Shown here in pieces: positions 29,608-39,516 of a stretch of DNA of 64,000 nt (positions are counted from its first letter, which is position 1; the number at the start of each line of letters is the position of its first letter). Source of the DNA: an uncultured Candidatus Saccharibacteria bacterium (lineage in GTDB: Bacteria > Patescibacteriota > Minisyncoccia > Phycocordibacterales > CAIRYW01); assembly GCA_964386665.1 (NCBI GenBank), contig CAYLQP010000002.1, forward strand, positions 64,105 to 128,104, read 5' to 3'. Under the pieces are notes generated by a model. The model made no database searches and was not told where the DNA came from. It saw only the letters and a list, made by a program, of their open reading frames with translations. A program made the position numbers and the translations under genes.

Positions 29608-30660
29608 CTAAAGTACAATCACCTCTTCTTCAAGTTCTATTCCTACTTTTTCAAAAAATATTTTTTTTATTTTTTCTACAAATGTTTTTATTTCGTCTGC
29701 AGTTGCATTTCCAAAATTTACGACAACAAGCGATTGATGTTCAAATAACCCTACATCTCCTTCTCGAAAACCACGTAGTCCACATACCTTATCAAGAAGC
29801 CATGCTGCCCCAACCTTTTTGTAGCCTGTAGTCATATCAAACAGAGGCATATCAACATACCGCTCTTTTAACTCATGTGCTTTTTTTTCTTCAATGACAC
29901 AATTCTTAAAAAAAGAACCAGCGGTACCACACACTTCCAAATTAGGAAATTTTTTACCTCTAATTTCTTGTAATGCTTTTCGTATATCAAGGATTGTAAT
30001 ATTTGTTTTTTCTTTGAAATATTCCAGCAAGTCTTTGTATGACGTATGGAGATCGTGTTGTTTTGTAAATCGAAATAAAACCGACATAACAATGAGATGC
30101 TTCCCTTCACTTTGTTTGAACACACTATCTCGATACCCAAATCGCAATGCGCTTGTCTGAAGTGTTAGTGTTTGTTTTGTATCTGAATCATATACGGTAA
30201 CTTCAATGACACTATGTTTGATTTCAACTCCATATGCTCCGATGTTTTGAACAACACCTCCCCCAACTGTACCAGGTATTGAAGTAAGGTTTTCAATACC
30301 TCCGAAGTTATTATTAACGGCATACTCGACAAATGCATCCCATCCCTCACCTGCACCAGCACGCACGTATACATATTGAGTGTCTTCAGATTCTATTTGT
30401 ATTCCTTTTAAGTTGATTTTTGTGACCATTCCATCAAAACCCTTATCACTAAATACAGTATTTGATCCTCCACCTAAAATCCACATTGGTAATTCATTCA
30501 TCTCCACAAAAGAAACCACCTCTTCTAGATCTTCTCGTGAATTCACTTCTGCAAAAAAACGAGCCCTCCCCCCAACCTTCATTGTACTGAAAGCATTAAG
30601 AAAAACCCCTTGTGTTATACAAGAGGCTTTTGGCCGTGTTTGATTTGTGTGTGTTTCCAT
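29608..30660 (-). CDS. murB: UDP-N-acetylenolpyruvoylglucosamine reductase
   Basis: STMKVGG.A, LGGGSN, IPGTVGG..VQNIGAYG, FGYRDS.FK, AGSFFKN, LEEEV; start ATG 30660 inferred. Confidence 0.93.
   Translation of the reverse strand: METHTNQTRPKASCITQGVFLNAFSTMKVGGRARFFAEVNSREDLEEVVSFVEMNELPMWILGGGSNTVFSDKGFDGMVTKINLKGIQIESEDTQYVYVRAGAGEGWDAFVEYAVNNNFGGIENLTSIPGTVGGGVVQNIGAYGVEIKHSVIEVTVYDSDTKQTLTLQTSALRFGYRDSVFKQSEGKHLIVMSVLFRFTKQHDLHTSYKDLLEYFKEKTNITILDIRKALQEIRGKKFPNLEVCGTAGSFFKNCVIEEKKAHELKERYVDMPLFDMTTGYKKVGAAWLLDKVCGLRGFREGDVGLFEHQSLVVVNFGNATADEIKTFVEKIKKIFFEKVGIELEEEVIVL
30601..30631 (-). terminator. Terminator-like hairpin inside the first codons of murB
   Basis: - strand AAAAGCCTCTTGT-ATAAC-ACAAGGGGTTTTT followed by CTT (contains G-U pairs). 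Confidence 0.5.
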
Positions 30661-30740
30661 ACCTTGATGGCCAACGGGTGTGAGCTCCAACAAATACCAC
30701 TTTGTGAGTACAGCCGTCAGCCATCAAGATAAAGAAGGCT
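30660..30740 (-). promoter_or_regulatory. Structured murB 5' leader (long hairpin reaching the start codon)
   Basis: TATAAT at 30752-30747; stems TATCTTGATGGC/GCCATCAAGGTA, TGACGG/CCGTTG, CTC/GAG, ACAAA/TTTGT. Confidence 0.65.
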
Positions 30741-30764
30741 TGTTCTATTATATACCAAAAAAGA

Positions 30765-30846
30765 CAAAAACAAACCCCCAGCCGAAGCCAGGGGTTTGTT
30801 GTGGTATTTGTTTTACGGAGCCACAATGAATATTCTGCGACTCACA
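30765..30846 (-). ncRNA. Putative ~80-nt sRNA complementary to the murB leader
   Basis: TTGACA-16-TAGAAT promoter (30879-30852); 5' hairpin GAGTCGCAG/TTGTGGCTC; single-stranded AACAAATACCAC; terminator AACAAACCCCTGGC-TTCG-GCTGGGGGTTTGTTTTT; no credible ORF. Confidence 0.65.
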
Positions 30847-30868
30847 TTGCTATTCTAGCATATATCAA

Positions 30869-33097
30869 TTATTTGTCAATGTTTTTTACATTTAATGCTT
30901 CGAGTGCTTGTTTTATATCTTTATGTTTATTTTTTGCATATGCTTCTTTCAAAACATCAACAACAACATCGAGTCGTTGTTTTGCACTTAAAATCGAAAT
31001 AATATATGGTTTTGGTATAGTTCCCTGTAATGCAAACGCACGCAAAATATCTTGCGCCGTTAAGAAATCATTTTTTTCCAAGAGAACAGCAGTATACATC
31101 ATGGCACCATCTAAATGCTCTGGTGATAGATAATAATTTTCCTTAAGGACAGCAAGTGCTCCTTCAAGATCCCCTTTAACCAAATATGAAATACCTATCT
31201 GAATAAGTATGTGTTGTTTCTGGGGAGATACATTGCGAAGTGTATACAGTATAGCTAACGCATCATCAGGTAAACCAATTTGATTGAGTCCACTTGCAAG
31301 CGTAAGAAGTACCTTTCCATCCTCTGGAAAATCTTTTTGATGAAGTTGTGATTGCTTGAGTGCTTCTCTTGCAAATTCTTGTTTTGTTTCTAAGTCTATA
31401 TTTGGTGCTTTAACAATCTGAGCAGTAATATTTAAAAACTGTTCTCTCGCTTCTCCAAGTCCACTTCCTCCCATTGCAAATGTTTTTTCAAACAAAGCGA
31501 AATTTTCTGAAATATTCTTTTTTGAAATGATTGCATCAATAAGTGTAGTGCTTTGTAAGAAAGGTTTAATTGCCCACATATAACTCATAGTCAAAAACAA
31601 TGCAAGACTGATTCCTATTACCAAACCAGGATGAACTGCTTCTTGTTGTTTTTTTTGAGAAACCGTATGTGAGGGTGTGGTTTGATGAACAGATAATGAA
31701 TGAATATAAGCGAGCAACCCAAAAAACAATATATAACTTGCAAGATTATCAAAGATAAATAAGTTTTGAAATCCATACGCACAAAGCAAACCGACAATAA
31801 TAGCAAATTCAATTTTGTGATCTCGCCAAAATATTTTTTTTGCCAAAATAAGACAATAGACATACAAAGCAAGATACACACCAAGTCCAATAAGTCCTCC
31901 TGCAACTAACCAGTCCAAAAATACATTGTGGGTTCGATCAAACCAAGGTTCATGTCGCCATAAGTCAGTGTCATAGTATTTGAGGAATACATAATTAAAT
32001 CCTTCTTGTCCCCATCCAAATACAGGCTTTTCTTTGAACCCTTCCAGAGCCATAGGCCAGATAATCTGCCTTGCTTGGCCATTTGTATTACTCCAAGAAA
32101 TTTCTGCAAATCGATTCAAGATCGGACTTTCTCTTACAAACGAAGTATTACGTATCGCAATAAAACCAAGGACAACAAATACAATACTTCCGAGTATCAC
32201 GAAACTTGTTTTGCGAATTTTATTATTCTTTTCAAACAATGCAAGCAAAGATACAGTCACAAAAAGACCTCCAATAAATCCAAGTAACGCTCCTCTTGTT
32301 TGAGTCATAAAGAGCATATACACAAACCCGCCGCAGACAACAAGATACAACGCTCGATGAAGCAGTTGTGTGTTTCGTAAAGAAAGTGTGCTTGTAAACC
32401 AATAGATACCTAACGAACAAACAAGTGCAATGCCCGCAATCAAACGTCCTTCCAAGGTTGGAGCTTCGCTTACTGCATAAATAACACTAAAAAACACTGA
32501 ACCAAGTATCAATGCTTTTTGAAGATATCGACTCTTCGTATCATCTTGTTTATATAACAGTGCCAAGATAAATATCAAAAACATCAAAAACCCTGCGAAG
32601 TAAGCAGAGTTCCCCATCAATGAATCAACTCGAACTGCACTTTGGTTAATCACGGTTCCTCCTGTAATCTGAAGGACCGCATACAATGCCATAGTGATTC
32701 CAACTGTGATTGTGCCATACCAAAAGAAAAGCCAATCTTTCTTTTCTTTAAGTACTGAGCCCAGAAGAGTCATATAAAGACCAAGATGCATCAAAAGCAC
32801 AAAGCCTTCCGATCGTTCAAAGTTGCTCCAAAATGCCCGAGTAAAGTTCAATGATAAAAGATTTGAAATGAAAATACTAAGTAAAAATAATCCAACGAGT
32901 ATAAGTAGCGGACTACTTCTTGGGCGAATCGATTTATTTTTGAATGCGTCAATAACATACAAAAGCGCACTTATTTCAACAACAAATCTAAACAGTACAC
33001 TCTTTCCCGAAATAAATGGGAAAAACATATTGTCAAAAACAAAAAGTAAAACAATTGGTATCAAAAAAAGAATATATTTTAGAAGCCGATTTAACAT
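30869..33097 (-). CDS. O-antigen ligase/Wzy_C-family oligosaccharyltransferase with TPR-like C-terminus
   Basis: Multi-TM; GNSAYFA, TQTRGA, R..IW..A.......P.FGWG, HNVFLD; helical C-terminus. Confidence 0.88.
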   Translation of the reverse strand: MLNRLLKYILFLIPIVLLFVFDNMFFPFISGKSVLFRFVVEISALLYVIDAFKNKSIRPRSSPLLILVGLFLLSIFISNLLSLNFTRAFWSNFERSEGFVLLMHLGLYMTLLGSVLKEKKDWLFFWYGTITVGITMALYAVLQITGGTVINQSAVRVDSLMGNSAYFAGFLMFLIFILALLYKQDDTKSRYLQKALILGSVFFSVIYAVSEAPTLEGRLIAGIALVCSLGIYWFTSTLSLRNTQLLHRALYLVVCGGFVYMLFMTQTRGALLGFIGGLFVTVSLLALFEKNNKIRKTSFVILGSIVFVVLGFIAIRNTSFVRESPILNRFAEISWSNTNGQARQIIWPMALEGFKEKPVFGWGQEGFNYVFLKYYDTDLWRHEPWFDRTHNVFLDWLVAGGLIGLGVYLALYVYCLILAKKIFWRDHKIEFAIIVGLLCAYGFQNLFIFDNLASYILFFGLLAYIHSLSVHQTTPSHTVSQKKQQEAVHPGLVIGISLALFLTMSYMWAIKPFLQSTTLIDAIISKKNISENFALFEKTFAMGGSGLGEAREQFLNITAQIVKAPNIDLETKQEFAREALKQSQLHQKDFPEDGKVLLTLASGLNQIGLPDDALAILYTLRNVSPQKQHILIQIGISYLVKGDLEGALAVLKENYYLSPEHLDGAMMYTAVLLEKNDFLTAQDILRAFALQGTIPKPYIISILSAKQRLDVVVDVLKEAYAKNKHKDIKQALEALNVKNIDK

Positions 33098-33219
33098 ATG
33101 TATTAAAATGATTTATAATGAGATTATAACATAATCTTAAATAACTAAGTAAAGGTAAATTTATGAATCGGCACTATATTACATACAGTAGCAAATTTAA
33201 CTAAAAGAAAACTAATTTT

Positions 33220-34398
33220 ATGAATAAGAAAATATTAATTAATAATGTAGTACCCTTTGGGCTATTTTTTTTTCTTAGCCTTATTATTGGATTATTCTCG
33301 ATTTCACATCTTGGAGCTTTCCCAGTAATTTCTGATTTTCTTGATTACGACACGATAGCCCTTTCTCTCATAAAAAATCATACTTACTTAGCAATCTCTT
33401 CTGATGCGCTCATATATCCTCCAGGATATCCTATTTTTTTGTCTATTCTATATATTACCTTTAAACATTCATATACAGTTATTTATGTCTGCCAATTCAT
33501 TCTTACAGGTATTATTGGCTTTATATACTACAAAATATCTACTGTCTACTTAAAAATGAGAAAAGATGTGAGTCTTATTGTAGGACTGACAGTAGTAGGC
33601 TGGCCTTATATGATACTTTACTCACAGTTACTTAGTAGTGAAATTGTTTTTATATTATTCATTTCACTATTCCTCATCTCTTTCTTAAAGGAAATGAGTG
33701 AGCTAGAAAGAAAAATAAATATCATGCCAGGTTTTTTCTTAGGTCTCGCCACACTCACAAGACCAGTTGCCTTACTTTTACCATTTTGGATTATTATATT
33801 TTTATATATTTCAAATAAATTATCTGTATGGAAATTTACAAAGACACAATTAAGAAAAATACTTGTCACATCAATCATTTTTATTGCAACCATCAGTCCA
33901 TGGATATTATATGTATATATAAAATATGACCGCTTTATTCCTGTTGCATCAAACCTTTCCTTTGTGTTCAATAAAGGAAATAGTTCCTTTGAATATCTGC
34001 AAACTCCAGGAGAACCGAAGGTTATCGAAACCAAAGAAACTCCTGACCAGCTAAAAAACTTTGTGAAGGCAAAAGTACAAAATATATTTTTATTTTGGAA
34101 TCCTGGGGCAAGCGGTTATCATGTCGATGCACTTATACATAAATACCCTAAAATTATTTTCTTTGTGTGGTCTTATAAAATCATTTTTATTATTTTTATT
34201 CTTACTGGATTGTCAGCCTTCTGTTGGTTCAAAACCAATAAGATAGTTGCTATGTTTTTTGCTGTGGTTTTTTACTTTTGGGCAGTCCACGTAGTTTTAT
34301 TCCCATTCCCTAGATATACATTACCTGTTATACCCATAGTCATTACTCTTGCTTTTTTTAGTATAGAGAATATATTTAAGTTAAAGAAAAATGAATAA
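33220..34398 (+). CDS. GT-C fold (ArnT/PMT-like) membrane glycosyltransferase
   Basis: D..DY..IA, PPGYPIFL, L.SE, LATLTRP, PRY.LP. Confidence 0.8.
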   Translation: MNKKILINNVVPFGLFFFLSLIIGLFSISHLGAFPVISDFLDYDTIALSLIKNHTYLAISSDALIYPPGYPIFLSILYITFKHSYTVIYVCQFILTGIIGFIYYKISTVYLKMRKDVSLIVGLTVVGWPYMILYSQLLSSEIVFILFISLFLISFLKEMSELERKINIMPGFFLGLATLTRPVALLLPFWIIIFLYISNKLSVWKFTKTQLRKILVTSIIFIATISPWILYVYIKYDRFIPVASNLSFVFNKGNSSFEYLQTPGEPKVIETKETPDQLKNFVKAKVQNIFLFWNPGASGYHVDALIHKYPKIIFFVWSYKIIFIIFILTGLSAFCWFKTNKIVAMFFAVVFYFWAVHVVLFPFPRYTLPVIPIVITLAFFSIENIFKLKKNE

Positions 34399-35338
34399 AA
34401 TACTTATTTCAATTCCAGCAAAAGATGAAGAATTAATGATTGGCTTTGTTATTGAACAAAGCCGTGAAGCAGTCAAACAACACATTGGGGTCGAGCCTAT
34501 CGTCTTGGTAATTAACGATGGTTCGAAAGATAAAACATCACAAATAGCAGAAAGTTTTGGAGCTATTGTAAAAAACCATAAAAAAAGTCATGGGCTTGGA
34601 TCTGTATTTGCAGAAGCGGTTGATTACGCCATTGAACATGATTTTGAAATCATGCTCACAATTGACGGCGACGGCCAATTTGATACGAAAGACATACCTA
34701 ATTTACTTAAGCCGATTTTAAAAGATGAGGCTGACTTCGTTACAGGTTCTCGTTTTCTTGAGCAGTCAAAAGTTTCTGGAATACCAAAAACTAAATACAT
34801 CGGCAATAAACTAATGTCAAGATTGATCAGTTCTATTTTGAAGCAGTCATTTACCGACGTTTCATGTGGATTTAGAGTATATTCAAGAGAGGCACTGCTC
34901 CATCTAAATATTTTTAGCCAATTTACATATACCCATGAAGTTTTTTTAAATCTAGGTGTAAAAAAAATACGCATAGTAGAGATTCCTATATCAGTAAAAT
35001 ACTTTAAAGAAAGAGTGTCTCGAATTGCATCAAGTCTATATAAATATGCAATTCAAACAACAAAAATTATATTCAAATCAGTACTTCTATATAAACCCAT
35101 GAGACTATTTGGCTTTATTTCTTTTATTACCGGTGTAATTGGATCCTCTATACTCGGTTTAGTGACAATTCGTTACGCTCTTACAGACCTCATCACTCCT
35201 TTTAAAGGAATCGCGATTGTAAGTATTATACTCATCATTATTAGTTTTGGATCTTTTTCAACTGGAATTATTTTGGAAATCATGAGTCGTATCCAGTTAA
35301 GTATCGAAAAAAATATATATTATGCAAGAAAAAAATAG
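34391..35338 (+). CDS. GT2 polyprenol-phosphate glycosyltransferase
   Basis: IPAKDEE, INDGSKD, DGDGQF, GSRF, D..CGFR; two C-terminal TMs. Confidence 0.9.
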   Translation: MNKILISIPAKDEELMIGFVIEQSREAVKQHIGVEPIVLVINDGSKDKTSQIAESFGAIVKNHKKSHGLGSVFAEAVDYAIEHDFEIMLTIDGDGQFDTKDIPNLLKPILKDEADFVTGSRFLEQSKVSGIPKTKYIGNKLMSRLISSILKQSFTDVSCGFRVYSREALLHLNIFSQFTYTHEVFLNLGVKKIRIVEIPISVKYFKERVSRIASSLYKYAIQTTKIIFKSVLLYKPMRLFGFISFITGVIGSSILGLVTIRYALTDLITPFKGIAIVSIILIIISFGSFSTGIILEIMSRIQLSIEKNIYYARKK

Positions 35339-35921
35339 CATTACACAATTTACGGATAAATACGAATTTACTAATCCAATTACAAAAAAACTTCTTGAAA
35401 ATTTCTTCAAACGAATCGTATCTCTGTGTCCTAAAAAAGTAGATAAAGTTCTTGAAGTTGGTTGCGGTGCAGGTTACTCAACAAAAATTCTTTTCGAACA
35501 CCTTGCACCTTCACTTTTTCACGCATCAGACATAGACCCGGAACTCGTATATCTTGCAAAAAAAAGAGTTCCTCTTGCAGAAACTGCGACAGAATCAATT
35601 TACAAACTACCTCATCAAGATAATAGTTTCAATTTAGTATTTACACTTGAAGTCATGGAACACCTAGAACATCCCCTCGATGCACTAAAGGAAATAAAAC
35701 GTGTGACAGATAAATTTGCAATTATAAGTGTACCTCATGAACCTATTTGGCGTATACTTAATATGGCAAGAGGAAAATATATTACACATTTAGGAAACAC
35801 TCCAGGGCATATTAACCACTGGTCAAAAAGAAGCTTTAAAAAATTTCTAGAACAAGAGTTTACTGTAAGAGAAATAAAAACATCTCTTCCTTGGCTTATT
35901 GGATTTGTTGAGAAAAAATGA
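35322..35921 (+). CDS. Class I SAM-dependent methyltransferase
   Basis: LEVGCGAG, EVMEHL..P..AL.E..RV. Confidence 0.88.
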   Translation: MQEKNSITQFTDKYEFTNPITKKLLENFFKRIVSLCPKKVDKVLEVGCGAGYSTKILFEHLAPSLFHASDIDPELVYLAKKRVPLAETATESIYKLPHQDNSFNLVFTLEVMEHLEHPLDALKEIKRVTDKFAIISVPHEPIWRILNMARGKYITHLGNTPGHINHWSKRSFKKFLEQEFTVREIKTSLPWLIGFVEKK

Positions 35922-37159
35922 GCGCAAAACCAAGGATATTTTTTACCGAGCTCTTACGATACGGAATTGTTGCTTTATTAAGCTATGGACTTCTTTATGC
36001 TGGATCAATTTTCTTTGTTGAAAAAATAAGTTTCTCCCCACAGTTATCCTATTTTATTACACTCTCAATTATTTATATTGGTGTGTATCTTTCTTATACC
36101 TCATTTGTTTTTAAAGGATGCTTTAATATAAAAACCTTAAAACGATTTATTCTTGCGCTCATATATATTTGGATATTAAATAACGCTTTTTTTTATTTAA
36201 CAAACACAATTTTAAATATTCATTACATTATTGCGATTACGTTAAATATTTTTATACTTGGAGGTGTAAGATTTTTGTTACAAAAATACTACGTATTTAA
36301 CGAGAATAATGAAAATAAAAAGGTTGCACTTACTTTCGACTTAGAACTATGGCATGAAGGTGACTGGCTTAAACCTTTTATTAAAGATGAAGTAAATAAG
36401 AAAGATGCACTTATTGAATCAGTTACCCCTTTACTTATGACTTTAAAAAAATATAATCATAAGGCAACTTTTTTTGTTACTGATAAAGTAGTCCGTTTAT
36501 ATCCAAATGTCATAAAGAGCATATTTGAAGAAGGGCATGAAATTGCTTCTCATAGTGTAGGGCACCAGAAGCTTCAGCGCATTTCTCAAGAAACCTTCAA
36601 AAAAGAGATGGGGGTCCATTGTCTTGAAATCAAAAAAATAACGAATAAATCACCCTTAGGGTTTAGAGCCCCTCACTTCTCCCTGAATGAAGAAACTTCC
36701 TGGGCTTTACCGGTGCTCGAAGACCTTGGTTTTGTATATGATTCAAGTATTTTTCCTATCAAAACAACTGAATATGGAGTAAAAGATGCACCAAGAAATG
36801 TCTATAAAATATCAAAAGAAAACATTGCAACACATTCAGAAACAGCAACCCTTATTGAACTTCCTCAATCCACACTAACGACTCCATTAGGAAGGATACC
36901 TGTTGGGGGTGGTATTTATTTTAGATTATTGCCTTTATGGATATTTAGCCTCATGCTTTCAATTGCAATAAAAACCAATTCAACTCCAATGATTTATTTT
37001 CATCCTCATGAACTATATTCTAAAACTCCTCAAATAAAAGGACCCTTTCTTAAAACACTTCTAAAATATTGGGGAGTAAAGAGAAGCTTTAAAAAATTTA
37101 AGGTATTAATGAAAAAATTCCAATTTGACTCAATAGAGAATATTTGGAACTTTAGATAA
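35918..37159 (+). CDS. GtrA-like membrane domain fused to a polysaccharide deacetylase
   Basis: Four N-terminal TMs (LRY.IV ... KYYVF); TFDLE, ATFF, HEIASHS..H, GFRAP, YDSS, YFHPHE. Confidence 0.8.
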   Translation: MSAKPRIFFTELLRYGIVALLSYGLLYAGSIFFVEKISFSPQLSYFITLSIIYIGVYLSYTSFVFKGCFNIKTLKRFILALIYIWILNNAFFYLTNTILNIHYIIAITLNIFILGGVRFLLQKYYVFNENNENKKVALTFDLELWHEGDWLKPFIKDEVNKKDALIESVTPLLMTLKKYNHKATFFVTDKVVRLYPNVIKSIFEEGHEIASHSVGHQKLQRISQETFKKEMGVHCLEIKKITNKSPLGFRAPHFSLNEETSWALPVLEDLGFVYDSSIFPIKTTEYGVKDAPRNVYKISKENIATHSETATLIELPQSTLTTPLGRIPVGGGIYFRLLPLWIFSLMLSIAIKTNSTPMIYFHPHELYSKTPQIKGPFLKTLLKYWGVKRSFKKFKVLMKKFQFDSIENIWNFR

Positions 37160-38012
37160 GATATTCCCCATACACTTCAGACAGGAGCTTCTCATCTTTT
37201 TTAGTCCCTTTAAGGAGTTCTATATTTTTATCACGCATTATCTCAAGTATTTTTATTGCATTCTTATCTGAAGGAACTTTTTCTTTATATGCCTGCAAAA
37301 AAGCTTCGAAGTCTTTTATAAAACACCCTCCTCCAGCACCTCTTCCATTTTTATGAACAGGTGTAAGGTACACATCACCAAAATCATGATCCGCAGCAAC
37401 TGATTGTTTAATGACCTCCCAATCAGCTTGGGTTGATATCGCTAAATCATAAAAGATGTTTGTAAAAATCGTTCTTGCATACCCAACAACGTTTCTATAA
37501 TATTTTATAATTTCAGCTTCTTCAAAAGAGCAAATTTTTTCATACTTGGCTTTTGCTAAAATTGACATTAGTAAAGTTGCTTTTTCAAGATGAGATTTAC
37601 TTCCCTTCAAAACTCCTACGATATTTCTTTCTGGATGACGAGCATCGAACTCTGCACTTACCACTGAAAGAAATTCGGGATTATAAAGTATAAAAATATG
37701 AGGAAACATATCTTGAAGTATCTTGGTAAAACCAGGGTACAAAGTTGATTTTATAACAGCAATCTTTCCTTCTCCAATCAAAGAAAGAGATTCTTTAACA
37801 CTATGACCATCAAATTTTTGAGAAATTGTAGGAGTGGGCACAGCAACGAACACAACATCACAATCTTTTATTTTTTCTTTGTTATGAACGTATGCTTCAT
37901 CAAGTGAATAGCGCAGTACGTTAAAACTCCGTTCCTCAAAATCATTAGCATAATTCTTTCCTATCCATCCCTGACCAATAAAACCAATTGTGAGTTTTGA
38001 TTGTAAGTTCAT
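37152..38012 (-). CDS. UDP-glucose/GDP-mannose dehydrogenase family (no C-terminal domain)
   Basis: GQGWIG, VAVPTP, IKST, NPEFL, EAEIIKY, GAGGGCFIKD. Confidence 0.85.
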   Translation of the reverse strand: MNLQSKLTIGFIGQGWIGKNYANDFEERSFNVLRYSLDEAYVHNKEKIKDCDVVFVAVPTPTISQKFDGHSVKESLSLIGEGKIAVIKSTLYPGFTKILQDMFPHIFILYNPEFLSVVSAEFDARHPERNIVGVLKGSKSHLEKATLLMSILAKAKYEKICSFEEAEIIKYYRNVVGYARTIFTNIFYDLAISTQADWEVIKQSVAADHDFGDVYLTPVHKNGRGAGGGCFIKDFEAFLQAYKEKVPSDKNAIKILEIMRDKNIELLKGTKKDEKLLSEVYGEYLI

Positions 38013-38021
38013 TATAAAAAA

Positions 38022-38825
38022 CTATTCCGATTTCATTTTTTTAATACGTATATTTGATTCTTGGACAGCCTTAAGTAACACAGGATCAAAACCCTTTGAT
38101 TCAGCTGACTTAATTATTGCACTTAAGTCTTTTGGGTAACATTTTCCACCCCATCCTCTTTTATCTTCAAAAACCATAGTATGATTAGGATTAATACGAG
38201 AATCAAGAAGCCAAAGTTCTCGTAATCTCTTATAATCAACACCAAAACATTTAGCAATCTCATAAAATTCATTACAAAAAGAGACTTTCATAGCAAAAAA
38301 AGTATTTTCCATATATTTTGTTATCTCAGCCTCCTCTGAAGAAGTAATCATATACTTTGTATCTACTGACATCACTTTCATAAATACATTTAAAATTTCA
38401 CTTGCTTCATCACCCCCCACAATAACAAAAGTATGCGTCTCTGCCTTTTCAGGATCAGGATATTTCCAAAAAGGAGTAAAATAAGAACTTTCTCCCATAT
38501 ATTCAGGAGAAAAATTAACTTTTTTGTTATATTTTTCTCTTAAAAATGTTGTTGTTCCTGGTGGAATCGTACTCTTCACTAAAATTAACCTTGTTTCAAG
38601 CCAAGATACAGAATCCTCAACAACTGAGATGTCGCAGCTTCCATCGTCTTTCATATCACTAGGAACACAAATCACTGACAAATCACACTGATTACACTCC
38701 TCTTTTGTGGCTGAGCCTAAAACATTTGGATCAAAAAAGACCGTCTCAAAATGCCGCTCGAGAAGCTTCTCCATCCCCTTTCCTACAACACCAAAACCAA
38801 TAATTGCAATTTTCTTTATTGTCAT
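38022..38825 (-). CDS. UDP-glucose/GDP-mannose dehydrogenase family (no C-terminal domain)
   Basis: GFGVVG, KSTIPPGTT, SPE, AEITKYMEN.F.A.KV.F.NE, GWGGKCYPKD. Confidence 0.88.
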   Translation of the reverse strand: MTIKKIAIIGFGVVGKGMEKLLERHFETVFFDPNVLGSATKEECNQCDLSVICVPSDMKDDGSCDISVVEDSVSWLETRLILVKSTIPPGTTTFLREKYNKKVNFSPEYMGESSYFTPFWKYPDPEKAETHTFVIVGGDEASEILNVFMKVMSVDTKYMITSSEEAEITKYMENTFFAMKVSFCNEFYEIAKCFGVDYKRLRELWLLDSRINPNHTMVFEDKRGWGGKCYPKDLSAIIKSAESKGFDPVLLKAVQESNIRIKKMKSE

Positions 38826-38868
38826 ATTTCTCTATAAGTTATCACAGAAAGCAAAGTTTGAAAAGCTA

Positions 38869-39516
38869 TCATTTTAGGTTAAGGATATTTTGAATAATAA
38901 CTCCTTTGGGTAGTCTACTTCTTTGAGAATTATCAATAAAAATGCAACTTTTATTTTTCGAAAGAATATCTACAACTTGATAAAAATTAAACTCGAGATC
39001 TTTTTTCCATGCTTCTAAATAGACTTCACCCATTTTAAAACGAGGACTGAACATTGAATCCTCTGCGGTAGAAAATCTATCAAAACCAGTACCCTCAACA
39101 ACAAGAAACTTTTTTTTCCATGTAGGTAATGAACTAAGATGCTTACGTAAGATAAGTGTCTCTATTTTCCCTTCAAATATACTAAGTAACCTTTGGCAAA
39201 GACCCTCGTCTATAAGAAATATCTTTTTTGAAAATAGAGAGTAAAAAAATGCTTTAGCCTCTTTTGCACAAGAAATAAAAAACAGGTGTCGCACATATGA
39301 ACGAATCAACAAAGGTTGACCTTGAATCAACTTTATATATTTTAAAAAATATATTGGTTTAAGAAAAATAAACACTCCTAAAAAACTAGCTTTTTCAAAT
39401 TTTGTGTTCAATTGAACTACACAAAAACGAGAGTTTTCTTTTACAAGGTTTGCTATTGTTGACTTCCCGCTACCAGGGAGACCTATAATCTCAATATTAT
39501 TTTTTCTTTTGTGCAT
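38869..39516 (-). CDS. P-loop NTPase/kinase-like protein (start uncertain)
   Basis: IEIIGLPGSGKST, IDEG..Q. Confidence 0.65.
   Translation of the reverse strand: MHKRKNNIEIIGLPGSGKSTIANLVKENSRFCVVQLNTKFEKASFLGVFIFLKPIYFLKYIKLIQGQPLLIRSYVRHLFFISCAKEAKAFFYSLFSKKIFLIDEGLCQRLLSIFEGKIETLILRKHLSSLPTWKKKFLVVEGTGFDRFSTAEDSMFSPRFKMGEVYLEAWKKDLEFNFYQVVDILSKNKSCIFIDNSQRSRLPKGVIIQNILNLK

Noticed and set aside
30601-30846. Identification of the murB-upstream RNAs as 6S, SRP, tmRNA or a known riboswitch
   Set aside because: They lack the SRP GGAA/AGCAG loop, the tmRNA acceptor and tag, the 6S length and bubble, and the riboswitch consensus sequences I could check by eye.
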